A stretch of 59,582 nt of DNA from Emticicia sp. (GTDB lineage: Bacteria; Bacteroidota; Bacteroidia; Cytophagales; Spirosomataceae), in assembly GCA_023254245.1 (NCBI GenBank), contig JALQYE010000004.1, positions 1-59,582 of the forward strand, in the 5' to 3' direction. Both the position numbers and the translations under genes were made by a program. This document shows, piece by piece, positions 57,035-59,582 of this stretch. How positions within the stretch are numbered: the first letter of the stretch is position 1; every line of letters starts with the position of its first letter. Below the pieces are notes generated by a model. That model saw only the letters and a program-made list of their open reading frames with translations, searched no databases and was not told the origin of the DNA.

Positions 57035-57955
57035 ATGAAAAAGGTTTTCTTAACAATCTGTTATTTATCTTTTGCTGCACTTACATTTGCTCAAGAAGCC
57101 CCTAAAAACCTCGAAGATTCGCTTCGTGTAGGTTGGTGGGACCCTCGCAGCACGCAATTTGGTATTAATTTTTCACAAGCTGGCTTCAATGATGCTTGGT
57201 CAGAAACCCAAGGGTCTGTCGGAAATTTAGGTATCAGTTTTTACTTTAACAATAAGGCCGTTTATCACAAGAAAAAAGGCATTTTTACCTCTGATATCCA
57301 ACTTCAATATGGTACTCAAAAGTTTAAAGGCCAAGATGGACGTAAAAGCCTCGACCGAATTTTCATTGATAATAAATATGCCAGTAAAATTTCACCAACG
57401 GTAAACTGGTTTGCGGGAGTCAACTTCTTATCTCAGTTTGCTTCGGGTTTTGCGTACGATGCCAAAGGTATAAAAGGAAAGAAAATTTCAGGACTATTCG
57501 CTCCTGCTTTCTTGTCAGAAGGTGTCGGTCTGGAATGGAAACCCAAGAAGTATTTTGTCGTACAATTAGGTGGTGCTACGCTTCGCCAAACATTTGTAAG
57601 TAACGACGAAGTATTTACTAATACTGCTAAAGACGTAACAGAAGATGGTAAAGTAGTCAAACGCTCTTATGGAACCGAAAAAGGTAAAGTATTAAACGAA
57701 ATGGGTTTTCAGGTTGTAGCAGCATTTGATAAAGACATTGCCAAAAACGTAAATCTCAAATGGCGTTATCAAGGTTTTGTGGCTTATGCTCCAAAAACTA
57801 AACCCATGGACCATAACGTAATGCTCATTACGACGGCTAAAGTGAATAAATATTTGAATGTCAACCTTACTCTTTTAGGGGTTTATGATGCAGATATTGT
57901 TAAGAAATTCCAAATTAGCGAAGGTTTCTCGGCAGGATTTGTTTTTAATCTTTAA
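57035..57955 (+). CDS. DUF3078 family putative outer-membrane beta-barrel protein
   Basis: Signal peptide, FSQAGF..W, RKSLDRI, FLSQFASGF, ISGLFAPA, KVNKYL, YDAD, C-terminal GFVFNL. Confidence 0.85.
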   Translation: MKKVFLTICYLSFAALTFAQEAPKNLEDSLRVGWWDPRSTQFGINFSQAGFNDAWSETQGSVGNLGISFYFNNKAVYHKKKGIFTSDIQLQYGTQKFKGQDGRKSLDRIFIDNKYASKISPTVNWFAGVNFLSQFASGFAYDAKGIKGKKISGLFAPAFLSEGVGLEWKPKKYFVVQLGGATLRQTFVSNDEVFTNTAKDVTEDGKVVKRSYGTEKGKVLNEMGFQVVAAFDKDIAKNVNLKWRYQGFVAYAPKTKPMDHNVMLITTAKVNKYLNVNLTLLGVYDADIVKKFQISEGFSAGFVFNL

Positions 57956-57957
57956 TA

Positions 57958-59149
57958 CTGTGTTAATTAAGTTTCTTTAAATTTCGAATTAGACGTATTT
58001 ACTTTATCGTAATGTCTATTTAGTTTTTTTCTGGCTTTTTTGATTGAGAATTGCCAGTCTATTTTGGTATATTGATTATCTCGTTCTTTGACAATTGTTA
58101 AGACTTCTTTTTCCAGCAATTCTTGTGTAGGGATTCTACGATTTAAACATTGTCGGGATAATGCTGAGAATTCAATCTCTATCATATTTAACCAACTTGC
58201 AGATTTAGGGGTATAGAAAAACTCAAAACGTTGAGCTAATTCAAATGCTTCATCAGCGGGCAAATTTTCATAAAAAGAGCTAATGTTGTGCGTATTCAAA
58301 TTATCTTGAACTAAGCGAATTTTAGTAGCCTGTGGATATTGTTGAGCCAGTTCTTTCATAAAAATGGCATACTCTTTTTTGGTTCTTTGTCCATGAACTT
58401 GTGCTAACCTCTTGCCTGTAAGTGGTTCAATAGCAGCTAATAAAGCACAGGAGCCATTTTTCTGATAGGCATAATTTTCTTTGGCTACTTTTCCTGTTTG
58501 CATAGCAATTGGGTCAATGGTATCACCAATTAAGAAGCATGGACGTTCATCAAAGCACACTACTGGAAACTCAGGGTCTAATGCCAAGGTATACAGCCAT
58601 AAGATACGTTCCATATTAGCAATGAAAGCGGCGTTCATCGTTCCAATACACCATTGGCGTTTAAGATGCGGCTGTAACTCATTTTTTTAAGTATTTCTCC
58701 TGCATGGACATGGGATAGATGCTCACAAATGCCAAGTTCTACTACTTTTTCAGCCAGAAGTCTTAATGTCCAACGAATATGACCTTCGGGGGCTTTACTA
58801 CAAGCTAAGGCAGTTATTTTAGCTCGTTCTTCACCCGAAATATTAATAGGACGACCTGGACGTGACCTGTCTTTTAGGCAGTCTAAGCCAGATTCCTCGT
58901 AACGAATGATGAGCGTTTTCAAAGTAGGATATGTTAAGCCTACTTGTTGCATTACTGAAACTAATTTTAGACCTAAATCCAATAATAATAAAGATTCAAC
59001 TCGTTTATGAACCTTAACCGTCAAAGAACGTTTGAGAAGCATACCTTGTAAAAAGATTCGGTCGCTTTCTGATAAAGTGATGTTTTTTTTGCTCATTACT
59101 TTAGGAGTTTTCCAAAGTAAAATAAATCAAAATTATTTAATTAACAGTG
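57958..59149 (-). mobile_element. IS630 family insertion sequence (about 1192 bp) with TA target duplication
   Basis: Ends CTGTGTTAATTAA and (reverse) CACTGTTAATTAA; TA at 57956-57957 and 59150-59151; reconstructed empty site AATATT. Confidence 0.88.
57967..59096 (-). CDS. IS630 transposase in two ORFs joined by a probable -1 frameshift
   Basis: OrfA HTH (RPGRP, WTLRLLA); OrfB DDE (FDE, QDNLNTH, WLNMIE); A7 at 58682-58688 gives LKK-NELQPHLKRQWCI in the -1 frame. Confidence 0.9.
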
Positions 59150-59193
59150 TATTTAATATAGTTGTTTTCTCACACTTAAAACTTTCTAAAACA

Positions 59194-59514
59194 ATGCTAA
59201 AAGAATTCAAAACGTTTATCTCTCAAGGCAATGTACTTGACTTGGCCGTTGGTGTAATCATTGGCGGAGCATTTGGAAAAATCACAACCTCATTGGTTGA
59301 TGATATCATTATGCCTATTGTTGGGTATTTTCTGGCAGGTGTCGATTTCAAAAGCCTTGCTCTACACCTGGGACAGCCAGACGAAAAAGGTGTTTACCCC
59401 GTAAATATCATGTACGGTAACTTCATCCAAATCGTCATTCAGTTCTTGATTATCGCTTGGGTTATTTTCCTAATCGTTAAAGCTGCCAATAAAGCAAGAT
59501 TAACTGAAAAGTAG
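59194..59514 (+). CDS. mscL: Large-conductance mechanosensitive channel (106 aa)
   Basis: MLKEFKTFISQGNVLDLAVGVIIGGAFGKITTSLVDDIIMP, YGNFI, FLIIAWVIFLIVK. Confidence 0.96.
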   Translation: MLKEFKTFISQGNVLDLAVGVIIGGAFGKITTSLVDDIIMPIVGYFLAGVDFKSLALHLGQPDEKGVYPVNIMYGNFIQIVIQFLIIAWVIFLIVKAANKARLTEK

Positions 59515-59532
59515 GTTCGTGAAATTTATATT

Positions 59533-59574
59533 AAAAAGCCAAATCAGATTAACACATTCTGATTTGGCTTTTTT
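59533..59574 (+). terminator. Intrinsic terminator after mscL
   Basis: 16-bp stem AAAAAGCCAAATCAGA/TCTGATTTGGCTTTTT. Confidence 0.85.
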
Positions 59575-59582
59575 AAATTAAG

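Noticed and set aside
59032-59193. N-terminal extensions in the ORF track (mscL from 59032; also hsp20 1857, 9049, 32223)
   Set aside because: The extensions overlap the IS, a terminator or a neighbouring gene, or precede the family-typical N-terminus; downstream ATGs were used

Overview
AT-rich chromosomal window from a Bacteroidota bacterium. Gene content (SusC/SusD, T9SS C-terminal domain, TAnnTTTG promoters) suggests Cytophagales, possibly Emticicia-like; this is inferred. About 45 CDS, mostly housekeeping or envelope genes (degP/htrA, hsp20, padR-pspC, psd, icd, ndk, mutS2, recF, mscL). Notable items: (1) a DTE-motif proteorhodopsin with the carotenoid-antenna Gly, followed by blh; (2) an identical 18-bp operator upstream of both a TonB-dependent receptor/DUF3089 hydrolase pair and an SCP2/acyl-CoA dehydrogenase operon 32 kb away, suggesting a TonB-dependent lipid-uptake regulon; (3) a CAZyme-free SusCD-gnd-gntK locus whose AraC regulator is followed by a gluconokinase paralogue with degenerate ATP-binding motifs, and whose gnd has an internal deletion; (4) a parS-like site next to DnaA boxes (candidate oriC region); (5) an ECF sigma factor with a hydrophobic C-terminal tail, an unannotated 56-aa ORF and an MscS-like gene; (6) a complete IS630 with a probable programmed frameshift; (7) at least five families of short intergenic repeats, one interrupted by a 15-bp GC-rich insert. 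No rRNA, tRNA or CRISPR array was seen. All calls are from reading the sequence; no searches were run.
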